From positions 4,230,797 to 4,294,796 of the forward strand of contig OZ255836.1 in assembly GCA_965277715.1 (NCBI GenBank): a stretch of 64,000 nt of DNA, read 5' to 3'. The stretch's first letter is position 1. Each line of letters begins with the position of its first letter. Origin of the DNA: Gammaproteobacteria bacterium (GTDB taxonomy: Bacteria; Pseudomonadota; Gammaproteobacteria; JBCCGL01). Of this stretch, positions 29,322 through 40,460 are shown piece by piece. The notes under the pieces were generated by a model that was not told the origin of the DNA, made no database searches, and saw only the letters and a program-made list of their open reading frames with translations. A program made the position numbers and the translations under genes.

Positions 29322-29586
29322 AAAAAGACTGGTATAGGTAAATGGGATGGTATTAAACGTTTTTTGGTTTGTGAGGATTTTTTCTATTTTTAATCAATAA
29401 AAGAACACACCCATACCCTCTTACCCACGTCCTGTGGGCCAAAAATGCGTTTGGGCTAAACGTTTAACACTTTGTCTGTGGAAGGTAGGCTGGCGTTAAT
29501 ATGGATAGCATAAGGTTGCGCCTCTGCTGCATCGTCTGCTTACTTTGGTTACCTTATATATAAATCAATTCAAAGCCGGGGAAATG

Positions 29587-30849
29587 TTAGGCTGAAACCG
29601 GCGACCAGCGCGATTGTCCATTTTCCGCAATTAATGATTCGTTGATATTTTTACCCTGCAGTTCGATGTGGGCAAAGCCATTTAAAACCCGGATTGGGAT
29701 GGTGGGGTCATTTGCCAGTTCGGTTTCATACCAGAGCACTTCGTTGGCGTTGGCCAGTTCGCTGGCATTACCGTAGGGAACGGCGGCGTGGCCGATGCAG
29801 CGGTTGTAGATAGGTGTGCTGCCGTAGTGGTTGGGTTTGTAGATCACTGCGTTGTGGGCGTGGCCCCAATACCAGTAGACTTTTTCATAACGCGGTGTGC
29901 TGCCGTTGCTGCCGAGTAGTGGTTCCAGTACTTCGTTGTAGAGCGCAAGGGGTTTATTGCCTTGAAGGTCGTAACCCGTGTGGTGTGAGAGTAGGATCAG
30001 GCCCTGTTTGGCGGGCAGTTTTGCCAGCCAGTCCCGCTGGTCGCTTTCGATTTGGCCATCCATGTAGAGGTTCCATTTGTCTGAGTGGTAGGCGCTGTCC
30101 AGGCCTACGATTAACCAGTGATCATTTTCCAGCGAAAAGTAACTGCACCCTTGTTGCAAGGTAAAATGTTGGGCGAGTGCATCGAAATAGGCGAGGGCGC
30201 CATTGTACATCTCGTGGTTGGAGTTGAGTGTATAGCTGCCTAACCTACCCGCAGGCCAAATATCAATTAAGTTGTTTTTCTCTTGCTCTGCAGTGCCAGC
30301 GTAGTAGACATCACCCAGGTGCAGACTGATATCAGGCTTGAGTGAGGTGATGACGTTGGCTACATTTTCGGCGGGGCTGGTGGGTGTGGTGCGCCAGTAT
30401 CCTGTGCCCCAGTCACCAGCAATGGCCAGCGATGTGCTATTGGGAATTGTGCGCGCAGTGGGCTCGGTGGAAAAGGATGCCTGGTGTTCAAGGTGCTCCA
30501 GCCAGCCTATCAGTGACTCTATCCAGCCAGGGTCGAGCAGTTCCCACTTGCCTGTACCTAAAATGCTGCCATCTGACTGGACTTTAGGTGTGAGCAACTC
30601 GGTGGCACTCTGCGGTAATTGCCCGCGCTTGGTCAGTTGTGGTTCAACGATGGCCAGTGCGTGGGCGAATTCGGCATTGTGCACGCTGCTCTGTGCACCG
30701 TTTAACGCATCCCAAGTGTTGTTGTGGATATCGCTCAGTAGTTTGAGCACCGCTTGTTTCTCTTCTTCCCTGGCGCTGTTGCGAAAGTTTTGGTACGCCT
30801 TTTGTAAACGTTGTTCTATTGACATGGTTTGCTCCCGGAGCGTTTTCAT
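29587..30849 (-). CDS. Metallophosphoesterase family protein with N-terminal extension
   Basis: AGDWGTG, HLGDVYYAG, NSNHEMY, LSHH, WGHAH motifs. Confidence 0.82.
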   Translation of the reverse strand: MKTLREQTMSIEQRLQKAYQNFRNSAREEEKQAVLKLLSDIHNNTWDALNGAQSSVHNAEFAHALAIVEPQLTKRGQLPQSATELLTPKVQSDGSILGTGKWELLDPGWIESLIGWLEHLEHQASFSTEPTARTIPNSTSLAIAGDWGTGYWRTTPTSPAENVANVITSLKPDISLHLGDVYYAGTAEQEKNNLIDIWPAGRLGSYTLNSNHEMYNGALAYFDALAQHFTLQQGCSYFSLENDHWLIVGLDSAYHSDKWNLYMDGQIESDQRDWLAKLPAKQGLILLSHHTGYDLQGNKPLALYNEVLEPLLGSNGSTPRYEKVYWYWGHAHNAVIYKPNHYGSTPIYNRCIGHAAVPYGNASELANANEVLWYETELANDPTIPIRVLNGFAHIELQGKNINESLIAENGQSRWSPVSA

Positions 30850-30925
30850 AAACTCAGTCAGTTGCCATTTTTGTCACACACCGAGTGTGTGGCATACCCG
30901 TGATCGGTATTATTCATGTATACAT

Positions 30926-33900
30926 TTAGTGGGCATGCTGATTTAGATGGTCGACGATGTAGGGGTAGACATCGTCATCCGCCTGATCACCAAAGATGCA
31001 GTCGATATGGCCGTAGCCGGGAATCACCTGACGGCTGTATTGCTCGTGACCAAACCGCTGACAGAGCGCTTCATACGTCAGTTGGGTGCTCTTTGGCAGG
31101 TAGCATTCGTTTTCCGCCCCAGAGATGAAAAGGATGGGCAGGTTGAGCCGGTCCAGGTGGGGCATGTAGGTGTTTTCACCGGTGTGGCTCATCAGTTGTT
31201 CGGCGCGGCACATCAGTGCCAGGTGTTCGAAGGTCTCCATATTCGATTCGGCGAACAGTTCATCGATATTGTTGTGCAGGCGTTGGTTGAGTCGTGCGTG
31301 CCTGTACAGCGATGCGTACATAAAGGTGATGCGGTGGCAGCTCTCGTTGTTGCAGGTGCCCTGCGCTTCAGCCAGGGCGTACAGCGATAGTGCTTTGTCG
31401 TAGAGTTTGGTGAGTACCGATCCGCCACCTTCGGGAACGCGTGCGGTGAGCGATTCAACGCCGAGCTTGTCGAGAAAGCCTGGCAAGTGCAGCCCGGTTT
31501 TTACCTGGGTGGCCGTGGGGGTGATGATATTGCAAGCGATTTGTGAGCAGACGATGCTACGGATGCCCTGGAGCCCGGCCAGCATGGACATAAAGAATGT
31601 GGTGGCGCCGTAGCAGTGGACTACCGCCTGTAGGTCTGGTGCGCCAGTGGTGGTGAGGATTTTACTCACTGCGGCGGGAAAGTCGTATTTGGCTACCTGG
31701 TCACCGTTGCTTTGTTGGTGTGCTGCCGGCAGGAGGATGCTGACGCGAAAATCCAGCAGCCAGACATCGTATTCGTGCGCTACCAGGTATTCCAACAGGT
31801 TGGTATCGATCAAGTCGGTGGAGAAGATGGAAGAGGCCACCCCGAGCCCGTGTACCAACATTACAGGGCCTTTGTCACCGCCGCAGTAGCGGGTTAAGCG
31901 CAACGCCACGCCGTCGTCGGTGGTAAAGCCGTGTACCTCGGGTGCGGGTGCGCGCAGGGGGCGCTTTTTGCGCGGCGGTTTTTGCTCTGGGTCTTTTGGG
32001 TTGTAGAAGATACTGCCGTAGCTCTCCCACAGTATGCCGGCAAAGAATTTACCAAAGCGCGCCAGAGCCTCCAGTTTTTGGGCTGTGCCGCTGGCGTTTG
32101 TCACCGTCATGGTTGTCATCTGTACGGCGAAGTCGGCTGGCTCAATGTGCATCACAGCCTTGCCCAGTAGTGGCGCCTGGTCATCGGTGCCACGGTAGAT
32201 GCTGACGTAGAGCGTTGATGTGTCAGGCCAGATATCCAGTGCGTTGGGGTCGTTTTTAACCAGCTTATAACCTTTGAAGTAATACGCCTGGCCCTCCTCG
32301 CTACTGAGCACCATGGAGTAGATCATATGGCGCGTATCCGGCGGTGACGGCATCTGTTCAAATAGGTTGAAGACTCCCTCGCTGGCTGTCAGCGGTTGCT
32401 TTGACAGCGCCTGGCAGTTGACGCTACCGCTGATTTTGGCCGGGTGGCTGGGGTCGTTCAGCATCGATTCGAGGTCGTGCGAGAAGATGGTCAAAGTAAA
32501 GTCTATCGAGAGGTCATCGGTCTCGCCCTGGGCCGCTGCGGTACGGTAGGTTGAGAGGGCCTCGCCGCTCTGGGCGTCAGTGGAGAGGTAACCTTTCATC
32601 GTTTCGGTGAAACGCACACCAAGCCTTTTATCTGCGTGGGGTCTTGTGGGGGCTGAGGGCAGGGTGTAATCGATCTGCCAGTCGCGATCCTGGGTGAGTA
32701 AGGTGCAGCAGCGCTCGGTCAGTGCAGAGATGGTGAGCAGTGGGTTAACGGCCAGTGAGGTGGGAATCACTGAACCATCACAGATGTAGAGATTGTCATA
32801 GACTGCATCGCCCTCGCCTGTGAATAACTGGTTTTTATGGTTGACCGTGCCCCGGCTGGCATCCGCGCCCATACCACAGCCGCCTAACGGGTGTACGGTA
32901 ATCAAGCTGTGCTTAAACAGTTTCGTCCAGATGGGGTTTTCGACGTAGATGCCGCCCAGCGCCGCAGTCGCCTTTTTCAAATTCTCATTGCCGAGGATAA
33001 AGTTGCGTTGTTCGCCGACGTTGGGCCAGTCGATGATCATGCGGTCCTCGTCGTTGAGTTCGGCCTTACCCTCGGCATTATCGTGGCTCATAATTAGATA
33101 GGTTTGGGTGTTGTCAACTGCGCCGTGGTAGGGGCCTCGAAGGAGGCTGGTCATCGCTCTGCCAGCGTCGTGCAGCTTATCGCTGAAGCTATTGGCCGTG
33201 TTTTGGCCGATGATGCCAGTGACCGCAGAGAAGGCGGTGGCGAGAAATGTGCCAATCGCGCCGGGGATCGATCCCTCTTCGATCACCATACGCTGCTCCC
33301 GGTCTTCGCCCTCGCGCAGGTCGATAATGCTGGTGATGCACGGCCCTACGGGTGGTAGCTCGCCGGGTGCGTTGGTGCCGTAGCCGATACCGTGAATCGG
33401 TTGGTCACAGTTGTAGCCAAAACCGAGGATATCACCATTGCCACTAAAGCCCTTGCCGACGCGATCAGAGCAAGCCAGACCCTTGGCTTTACTGCGCAGC
33501 ATGATCTCGTTGGAACCGATGGTGCCAGCGGAGAGCACAACAATATCGGCGTGCACGAACAGTGTTGGGGCGTCGAATTTCTCTCGACCCACATCCAGGT
33601 ACTGATAGTGCACCAACCAGCCATTATCAGTTTTTTCCAAATAGCGTACCTGTGCCTGGCAATAGATTTCAGCGCCGTGGTTCCAGGCATCGGGTAGGTA
33701 GTTCATCAGCGTGGTGTTTTTAGCGGCGTAGTTGCAGCCGGAAACGCAGTCACCGCAGTTAGTGCACTTTTTCTGGGGCACGCCAACATGGTTCAAGCCA
33801 CCCGGTGGATCTTCAAAGGTCACGTTGATTGGTGGCCGGTAGAAGTGCTCGCCCTTGCCCATGTATCGGGCTGATTGTTTATTGGCCTGGAGTTTTGCCA

Positions 33901-34378
33901 GCGTTGGGTAATCTTCGGGATAGGGGGTGGGTTTGAGCATCGCACGGGCGAGGGTATACCCGTCCTGCAGGAGTGTGTCGCGGTGCTGGCGAATTTCCTC
34001 GGGCCAGTTGGGGTCGTCGAAGACCTCGGGCTTTGCCTCCAGCGCGACATTGGCGTTGATCAATGAAGTGCCGCCAAGGCCACAGCCAACGACGGCGTTT
34101 TGCTGTGCATTGACATGGATATCGTATAAACCGGTGCGCGAGCCGATGTGCCCATCCGGGGTGTGGAACTGTAGGTCTTCAGCCGCTTCAGTCGGTGTGT
34201 CAGGGTAGTCGCCGGGTAGAATTTCGCGACCGCGCTCCAGCAGGCAGACTGAGCGACCGGCCCGCGCCAGCCGTGACGCGGTGATACCGCCGCCGTAGCC
34301 GGAGCCAATGACGACTACCTCATAGCTCGATTTAATGTCACCAATAGGGGATGAAATAGGTTTTATGGTGGGTTTCAT
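30926..34378 (-). CDS. GMC oxidoreductase (cholesterol oxidase-like) fused to C-terminal alpha/beta-hydrolase
   Basis: IGSGYGG, LERG, GGTSLINANV, CTNCGDCVSGC, TVHPLGGC, NPLLTISAL; C-terminal LVHGLG, VHCYG, GYGHIDC. Confidence 0.85.
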   Translation of the reverse strand: MKPTIKPISSPIGDIKSSYEVVVIGSGYGGGITASRLARAGRSVCLLERGREILPGDYPDTPTEAAEDLQFHTPDGHIGSRTGLYDIHVNAQQNAVVGCGLGGTSLINANVALEAKPEVFDDPNWPEEIRQHRDTLLQDGYTLARAMLKPTPYPEDYPTLAKLQANKQSARYMGKGEHFYRPPINVTFEDPPGGLNHVGVPQKKCTNCGDCVSGCNYAAKNTTLMNYLPDAWNHGAEIYCQAQVRYLEKTDNGWLVHYQYLDVGREKFDAPTLFVHADIVVLSAGTIGSNEIMLRSKAKGLACSDRVGKGFSGNGDILGFGYNCDQPIHGIGYGTNAPGELPPVGPCITSIIDLREGEDREQRMVIEEGSIPGAIGTFLATAFSAVTGIIGQNTANSFSDKLHDAGRAMTSLLRGPYHGAVDNTQTYLIMSHDNAEGKAELNDEDRMIIDWPNVGEQRNFILGNENLKKATAALGGIYVENPIWTKLFKHSLITVHPLGGCGMGADASRGTVNHKNQLFTGEGDAVYDNLYICDGSVIPTSLAVNPLLTISALTERCCTLLTQDRDWQIDYTLPSAPTRPHADKRLGVRFTETMKGYLSTDAQSGEALSTYRTAAAQGETDDLSIDFTLTIFSHDLESMLNDPSHPAKISGSVNCQALSKQPLTASEGVFNLFEQMPSPPDTRHMIYSMVLSSEEGQAYYFKGYKLVKNDPNALDIWPDTSTLYVSIYRGTDDQAPLLGKAVMHIEPADFAVQMTTMTVTNASGTAQKLEALARFGKFFAGILWESYGSIFYNPKDPEQKPPRKKRPLRAPAPEVHGFTTDDGVALRLTRYCGGDKGPVMLVHGLGVASSIFSTDLIDTNLLEYLVAHEYDVWLLDFRVSILLPAAHQQSNGDQVAKYDFPAAVSKILTTTGAPDLQAVVHCYGATTFFMSMLAGLQGIRSIVCSQIACNIITPTATQVKTGLHLPGFLDKLGVESLTARVPEGGGSVLTKLYDKALSLYALAEAQGTCNNESCHRITFMYASLYRHARLNQRLHNNIDELFAESNMETFEHLALMCRAEQLMSHTGENTYMPHLDRLNLPILFISGAENECYLPKSTQLTYEALCQRFGHEQYSRQVIPGYGHIDCIFGDQADDDVYPYIVDHLNQHAH

Positions 34379-35280
34379 GGTGCATCCTCGTAGTTTTTAT
34401 GTTGTTGGTCTCACCTGAGTTGATGGGTTCAGGTTTAATTATTAAGGGCGTCAATATCTATAGGTGAATGCCTTGTAGCCATTGATTTTTATGATTTTAC
34501 TTGCCTGAACCACCATGCATTTACCCGTATGCAGGTCGACGCATGGTATCTGGTGTTTTATTAATTTTGAATTTATGTATTACTGGTTTTAATAAATTGA
34601 CTTCAATATCTTTGGGTTTCCTCGTGTGTTAAGTAATGTGGAATTAGAGATGTATTAGTGCAGTGCGCTAAGCTAGTTGCCAATAAAAACTTAATTTTCA
34701 ATTACTTGCTTTTAATAAAAATAAATATAACCAGAAAATCTGGGGTGATTCCTATCGAATAACCAAGGTAATGCGCTGGAAATTCACCCGGTTTAAAAAT
34801 TAAGCCGATGTAAAAATTTTAAATAATGCTTTTATAACTAAAATATATGTAAAGTTTTTTAAATTCAATGAGTTACATTTTTATGCTTTTCGAGTTCAAT
34901 AGCATTCCCCTGGTTTTTTCACGACGCTATCGTGTTAAATTTGTGGAGTTAAACAATGAGTATAGACAAGAATTAGTGTAATTAAAGAAATATGGGGAAA
35001 GTATAAGAAGAAAATTGCAGGTAGATACGCTATCCCCTCTTGTACCAGTATTCCATCCAGGCTGATGCCGTATTCCATTGGCCAATTTCTACATCAAAAT
35101 CCCTTACTCCAAATGCGCCGGTTTTTAGCGCTGGTGTGAATAACGTAAAGTTCTCTTTGAATAGCACAATACGCTTCTTTACGCTCGCATCTGGAGCTGT
35201 TGAGGTATTTATACCAATGTAAGCGACAAAAACCCTGCTAATTTTGCCAAAAGAAGCACGCTGTAAAAATACACGGCAAC

Positions 35281-36072
35281 TCAACCGGTAACGGTTGTTG
35301 ATTGTCCCGCCCAATCATTAACCCGGCGACATAAACAACCAATCCCCGCACGTAACAGCACAGTAAAAACACATAACACAATCAGCGCCGCGAACATTAA
35401 ATCGGTCTTGACCCTGCCATTGGCCAGTAGCATTAAATACCCCAGGCCTTTGGAGGCGCCGACCCATTCACCGATAATGGCGCCAATAGGGGCGTATACC
35501 GCCGCCAGTCGGAGGCCGGATGTCAGTGCCGGTAAACCGGCGGGTACGCGCACTTGAAAGAGGATGCGCAGTGGTGTTGCGCGCATGGTGTGGGCCAGGT
35601 TGAGGTAGCCTTTTGGGGTGTTGCGCAGGCCATCGAAAAACGTTGAGGCGACGGGGAAGTAGATGATTAAAAGTGTCATCACGATTTTTGAAAGTAAACC
35701 GTAACCAAACCATAAGGTGAGCAGCGGTGCCAGGGCAAATACTGGCACGGTCTGGCTGAGTACCAGCATGGGCATCAAAAAGCGCTGGGCGAGTCTTGAC
35801 ATCATTAGGAATAGGGCGGTTGCAGCGCCCAATACGCTGCCTAACAATAAGCCAATCAAGACTTCTGTAACGGTGATCAGGGCGTGCTCTGCCAGCAGTT
35901 GGTAGTTGTCAATCAGTGCGCGCAGCACAGGCACTGGCCCCGGCAGAATAAAAGTGGGAACGTTTGTTATCCAGACAATGAGTTGCCATATCAGCACAAC
36001 CACGAGGATGGATAGGCCCAGGTCGGTTATTCCCAGGTGTTTTGTGTTAAAGCCTTTGGTCTGTTGTGACAT
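35281..36072 (-). CDS. thiX: HMP/thiamine-precursor ABC transporter permease
   Basis: QTVPVFALAPLL and GAIIGEWVG; located in the thi operon. Confidence 0.82.
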   Translation of the reverse strand: MSQQTKGFNTKHLGITDLGLSILVVVLIWQLIVWITNVPTFILPGPVPVLRALIDNYQLLAEHALITVTEVLIGLLLGSVLGAATALFLMMSRLAQRFLMPMLVLSQTVPVFALAPLLTLWFGYGLLSKIVMTLLIIYFPVASTFFDGLRNTPKGYLNLAHTMRATPLRILFQVRVPAGLPALTSGLRLAAVYAPIGAIIGEWVGASKGLGYLMLLANGRVKTDLMFAALIVLCVFTVLLRAGIGCLCRRVNDWAGQSTTVTG

Positions 36073-36839
36073 TACGGTGGGTCTTTTTGCTTTAATGCCA
36101 GCAGTAGTGCCGCCTGGGCGGCCAGTGTGCTGGCATCATCAATAGCGCGGATCGGTTCAGCACCCTGGAGGGTGTGCAGCGCGATACCACGCGTAGACAT
36201 CAGGTAGAGTTGGTGGGATAAGCGCACCGCTTCGGCAGGGTCATGGGTGACCAATAGCAGGGTTTTTCCGTTGAGGGCGGTAAAGGCCATTTCCTGCATG
36301 TCGGCACGGGTGCGGGCATCGAGCGCTGAAAAGGGTTCGTCGAGCAGGACGATGGGGGTGTCCTCCATCAGTGTACGGGCCAATGCGGTGCGTTGTCGCA
36401 TACCGCCGGAGAGTTGGTGGGGGCGTTTGTCTGCGTGTTGTGCCAGGCCGACTTTGTGTAGCAGGGTGTCTGCGCGCTGGGTGTCTGGTCTGCCACCGCG
36501 CAGGCGCTGACCGAGCATGATGTTTTGTTTTACATCCAGCCAGGGAAAGAGTAGGTCAGTCTGTGCCATATAGGCGGCCCGGCCCGCTGTTGCGCCGCCA
36601 TCGCTGGCGGTGATTTCACCGTCAAACTGGCCGCCGGTGGGCAGCCCGGCGAGCAGTTTGAGCAGGGTGGATTTACCGATACCTGAAGGCCCCAGCAGGC
36701 ATGTCCACTGTCCCGACGGGAGTTCGAGCGATACGTCTCTGAACAGACAGTGATGTCCGTAGTGGACGCTACCGGTAAGCCGTATGCCAGGCGGTTGGCC
36801 TGTGGTGGGCGCCGCGTCGCGGTGTTTATCCTCGATCAC
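36072..36839 (-). CDS. thiZ: HMP ABC transporter ATP-binding protein
   Basis: GPSGIGKST, LSGGMRQR, LDEPFSALD; located in the thi operon. Confidence 0.82.
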   Translation of the reverse strand: MIEDKHRDAAPTTGQPPGIRLTGSVHYGHHCLFRDVSLELPSGQWTCLLGPSGIGKSTLLKLLAGLPTGGQFDGEITASDGGATAGRAAYMAQTDLLFPWLDVKQNIMLGQRLRGGRPDTQRADTLLHKVGLAQHADKRPHQLSGGMRQRTALARTLMEDTPIVLLDEPFSALDARTRADMQEMAFTALNGKTLLLVTHDPAEAVRLSHQLYLMSTRGIALHTLQGAEPIRAIDDASTLAAQAALLLALKQKDPP

Positions 36840-36881
36840 ATCGATCGTCCAATTGCCAAAAAACCACAGGATTGTCGTCTT

Positions 36882-37826
36882 TCATGGCCGTTGGGTGTGG
36901 ATGTCTATCGCCAGTTGATCGACAGGTTTACTGCTTTTGATTAAACCCGATTCGAGCAAAAAGGCTTCCATACGGGCGTAGCGACCTGCGTCAAGCGCGG
37001 CGGGTCTGAGGGCAAAGCGGGGCAGGGTGTCACGCCAGGCGCGTTGGTTTAGCTCGTCTTGTAGTTCTTTGGCGGTGCTGGAAAAAATCTCCCAGCTCGC
37101 CTGTGGGTGGTTCACTATAAACTGTGTGGCCTTTTCGGTTGCGGCCAGGAAGCGGGCAATCTTGTCGGCGTCGATGGTGTTTGCGTTGGCCACGTAGATC
37201 AGTTCGTCATATGCGGGCAATCCCTCTTCTTCGAGGTAGAAACATTTGCCCGGTATGCCTTCGATGTCCATTTGATTCAGTTCGAAGTTGCGAAAGGCAC
37301 CGATTACAGCATCGACTTGTCTGGACATAAGTGAGGGTGACAGCGACCAGTTGACATTGACCAATTCAATATCATCAAGCGTAACGCCGTTATTTTTGAG
37401 GATAGCAGTAAGCAGTGCCTCCTCCACACCGGCAACGGAGAAGCCGATTTTTTTCCCGGCTAGATCGGCGATGCGTTTTATCGGGCCATTTTCCAGTACC
37501 AATAGGCAGTTGAGCGGTGTTGCAATCAGTGTGCCGACCCGGATCAGCGGCAGGCCTTCGTGTACTTGCAGGTGTAGCTGGGGTTGGTAGGAAATGGCTA
37601 AATCGGCTTTTCCAGCGGCGACCAGTTTGGGGGGATCAGCGGGGTCGGCGGGGGCGATGATGTCGACTGCCAGGCCCTGTTCATCGAAATAGCCTTTTTC
37701 CTGGGCGATGATGACAGGGCCGTGGTCGGGGTTTACAAACCAGTCGAGCATTAGGGTTAACCTGTCTGCGGCGAAACCGGGGTTTGCGAAGGTAGACAAA
37801 AGCAGAAAAAAACTAATAAATTTCAT
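36882..37826 (-). CDS. thiY: HMP ABC transporter substrate-binding protein (NMT1/THI5-like)
   Basis: LDWFVNPDHGP, AISYQPQL, GAFRNFELNQ, YDELI. Confidence 0.85.
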   Translation of the reverse strand: MKFISFFLLLSTFANPGFAADRLTLMLDWFVNPDHGPVIIAQEKGYFDEQGLAVDIIAPADPADPPKLVAAGKADLAISYQPQLHLQVHEGLPLIRVGTLIATPLNCLLVLENGPIKRIADLAGKKIGFSVAGVEEALLTAILKNNGVTLDDIELVNVNWSLSPSLMSRQVDAVIGAFRNFELNQMDIEGIPGKCFYLEEEGLPAYDELIYVANANTIDADKIARFLAATEKATQFIVNHPQASWEIFSSTAKELQDELNQRAWRDTLPRFALRPAALDAGRYARMEAFLLESGLIKSSKPVDQLAIDIHTQRP

Positions 37827-37879
37827 GGTGTTGGCTCAGTGTAGTGTATTTTAGGAGTAAGGTATTTGTGCGTTGTGGG

Positions 37880-38500
37880 TTATCGGTAGTCGTCTGTCAG
37901 GGCCAGCCAGCGCTTTACCTGGGCTTCCGGGTTTTCATTCAGGGTAATATCAGTAACCAGTGATACCCCATCTGCACCGGCAGCCAGCACAGCGGGTGCA
38001 CGTTGTAGGTTGAGACCACCGATGGCGATTAAATGCAGTTTACTGCCCAGTTGTGTCCGCCATTGTGCCACCCGCTCTAAGCCCTGCGGCGCCCAGGGCA
38101 TTTTCTTCAGGATGGTGGGGTAGATCGGGCCTAATGCGATGTAGTCAGGGTTAAGGGACAGTGCGCGTTCCAGCTCATTCTCGCTGTGCGTGCTGATGCC
38201 CAATTGTATGCCTGCACGTTTGATAGCTGGGATGTCAGCGGTATCCAGGTCTTCCTGGCCCAAGTGTACGTAGTTGCATTGCAGTTCGATAGCCAGTTGC
38301 CAGTAGTCGTTGATGATGAGTTGGCAGTTTGCCTTTTCACATAGGTGCTTTGCCGTGATAATTTCCTGGCGTAGCTGCGCTGTTTGCTGGTCTTTCATTC
38401 TCAGTTGAACGAGCCTGATACCCAGTGGTAATAGCCGGGATAACCAGGCAGTGCTGTCAAAAATTGGGTAAAAAGGGTCGAGCTTATGCGTGTTCGTCAT
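37880..38500 (-). CDS. thiE: Thiamine-phosphate synthase
   Basis: [40 protein letters not shown]. Confidence 0.93.
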   Translation of the reverse strand: MTNTHKLDPFYPIFDSTAWLSRLLPLGIRLVQLRMKDQQTAQLRQEIITAKHLCEKANCQLIINDYWQLAIELQCNYVHLGQEDLDTADIPAIKRAGIQLGISTHSENELERALSLNPDYIALGPIYPTILKKMPWAPQGLERVAQWRTQLGSKLHLIAIGGLNLQRAPAVLAAGADGVSLVTDITLNENPEAQVKRWLALTDDYR

Positions 38501-39270
38501 GATAAAAATGCTTTGCCAATAACCGGTGTCGACGGGTGAGCCATGTCGCTCTTCTCTATCGGTTCGGCGAGGTAGGCCGCTCTGCCTGCACTGACAGCAT
38601 CGGTAAAAGCCCGCGCCATTGCCACCGGGTCACCCGCTTTTGCCACGGCGGTATTGAGCAGCACGGCATCGCAACCTAGCTCCATCGCCTGTGCTGCGTG
38701 AGAGGGCAGGCCGATGCCGGCATCGACAACAATGGGTATGTCGTTAAAATGGGCGCGCAAGGTGCGCAGGCCATAAGGGTTGTTGAGGCCACGGCCTGAG
38801 CCGATGGGTGAACCCCAGGGCATGAGTACCCGACAACCCACCTGGCACAATCTGTCTGCCACCACCAGGTCTTCGGTGGTGTAGGGGAAAACCTCAAAGC
38901 CGTCCTGGCACAGAATTCTGGCCGCTTCGAGCAAGCCAAAGACATCGGGTTGCAAGGTGTCTGGATCGCCGGTCACTTCGAGTTTGATCCACCGTGTGTC
39001 GAATACCTCACGTGCCATATGAGCGGTGGTGATGGCTTCTTTTACCGAAAAACAACCAGCGGTATTGGGCAGTATGCGCACCTTGAGTGCTTTAATTAAA
39101 TCCCAGAATGCCTGCCCGGCACTGCTGTTTCCCGATTCACGGCGCAGCGAGGTTGTGACGATTTGTACCTGCGCGTGTTTGATTGCCTGCGATAGGATTG
39201 AGGGCGAGGGGTAGCGGGCAGTGCCGAGTAATAGGGGGTTGTTTATCTGAACACCATAGAATGTAACCAC
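38497..39270 (-). CDS. thiG: Thiazole synthase
   Basis: [37 protein letters not shown]. Confidence 0.95.
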   Translation of the reverse strand: MVTFYGVQINNPLLLGTARYPSPSILSQAIKHAQVQIVTTSLRRESGNSSAGQAFWDLIKALKVRILPNTAGCFSVKEAITTAHMAREVFDTRWIKLEVTGDPDTLQPDVFGLLEAARILCQDGFEVFPYTTEDLVVADRLCQVGCRVLMPWGSPIGSGRGLNNPYGLRTLRAHFNDIPIVVDAGIGLPSHAAQAMELGCDAVLLNTAVAKAGDPVAMARAFTDAVSAGRAAYLAEPIEKSDMAHPSTPVIGKAFLS

Positions 39271-39273
39271 GTT

Positions 39274-39471
39274 TTACCCTCCTTCAATCGGGGCGACGAT
39301 TTCAATCTGGTCACCTTCTGCCAGTGTAATTGTGTCGCGCTTGTGTTTGTGTACAAAAGTGCTGTTGACTGCGGTGGCGATGGTGGGGCTGGTGTAGCCT
39401 TGTTCGATCAGCATTTGATCTAAACGTTGGGTGCTTGTCTCGCAGGGGGTGCCGTTTAGTATTATACGCAT
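39274..39471 (-). CDS. thiS: Sulfur carrier protein ThiS
   Basis: 65 aa ending in GG; GDQIEIV. Confidence 0.92.
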   Translation of the reverse strand: MRIILNGTPCETSTQRLDQMLIEQGYTSPTIATAVNSTFVHKHKRDTITLAEGDQIEIVAPIEGG

Positions 39472-40460
39472 GGGGGTAATGCCATAAACTGTTTGTCGTC
39501 CACTATTGCATCGGCGGCCTGTATCGCCATTGCCGGTCCCAGTAAAAAGCCGTGACGAAATAACCCATTGACGTACAGGGTGTGTTGGTGGCGTTTGACC
39601 GCAGGCAGGTTGTTGTCGAAGGCGGGGCGCACATCGACGCCAATTTCCACGATCTCAGCTTCGCCAAAACCGGGGTGAAGTGCATAAGCGGCGCTGAGTA
39701 ATTCCAGCATTGAGCGTGCGCTGATGCGGTTGCGCTCTGCGTTTTCGATCATGGTGGCACCCAACATAAAGTGACCATCCCCTCTGGGGACGATATACAG
39801 CGGATAGCGGGGGTGAAGTAGGCGAACCGGGCGTGACAACGTGAGCTCGTCGCTGTGCAAAATAAGCATTTCACCCTTAACCCCCCGCAATTGGGCAAGC
39901 TGTTCGCCTGCGGTGTAACCCCGGCAGTCGATAACACGGTCTGCGTGGCACATTTCAGGTGTTATCGGCTGCTCAAAGTGTATTTCACCGCCGCGTGCGC
40001 GCAGGTACGAAACGAGTTGTGCCAGCGCCAGGCGCGGGTCGAGATGGGCTTCACCGGCAAATAACAGGCCCTGTTCAAACCGTTCTGACAAGTCTGGTTC
40101 AAGTGCGGCAATCTGGGTGTTGTCGAGTAGCTGGTGGTTTTCTGTCAGGCGCGCATAACGGCGAATTTCACCTGCATCGCGTTGCATCGATACCACCAGG
40201 CTGCCCCGCTGAGTGACATTATTTGTGTGGGCCTGCCACCAGGGAATAGCGCGCCGCCCAAGCGTAGTGACGGCCTGTTCAGCGCTTTCCCGTTCACACC
40301 AGGGGGATAACATGCCACCGGCAAACCACGAACACGCGGTATCGCCCAGGGCAGAAGAGCGCTCGTACACGGTGACTGTCACACCGCGATCAAGCAACTC
40401 GCAAGCGCAGCACAGCCCGGCAACCCCGGCACCAATGATGGCAACATTCACACTGCTCAC
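39462..40460 (-). CDS. thiO: Glycine oxidase
   Basis: IGAGVAG, SWFAGGML, LYIVPR, NGLFRHGFLLGP; located in the thi operon. Confidence 0.92.
   Translation of the reverse strand: MSSVNVAIIGAGVAGLCCACELLDRGVTVTVYERSSALGDTACSWFAGGMLSPWCERESAEQAVTTLGRRAIPWWQAHTNNVTQRGSLVVSMQRDAGEIRRYARLTENHQLLDNTQIAALEPDLSERFEQGLLFAGEAHLDPRLALAQLVSYLRARGGEIHFEQPITPEMCHADRVIDCRGYTAGEQLAQLRGVKGEMLILHSDELTLSRPVRLLHPRYPLYIVPRGDGHFMLGATMIENAERNRISARSMLELLSAAYALHPGFGEAEIVEIGVDVRPAFDNNLPAVKRHQHTLYVNGLFRHGFLLGPAMAIQAADAIVDDKQFMALPPCV

Noticed and set aside
34730-34920. Loose inverted repeat in the AT-rich region upstream of the GMC gene
   Set aside because: Too many mismatches to distinguish from chance.
35030-35314. 94-aa ORF downstream of thiX
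   Set aside because: No recognisable family or RBS; could be a gene fragment but cannot be supported.
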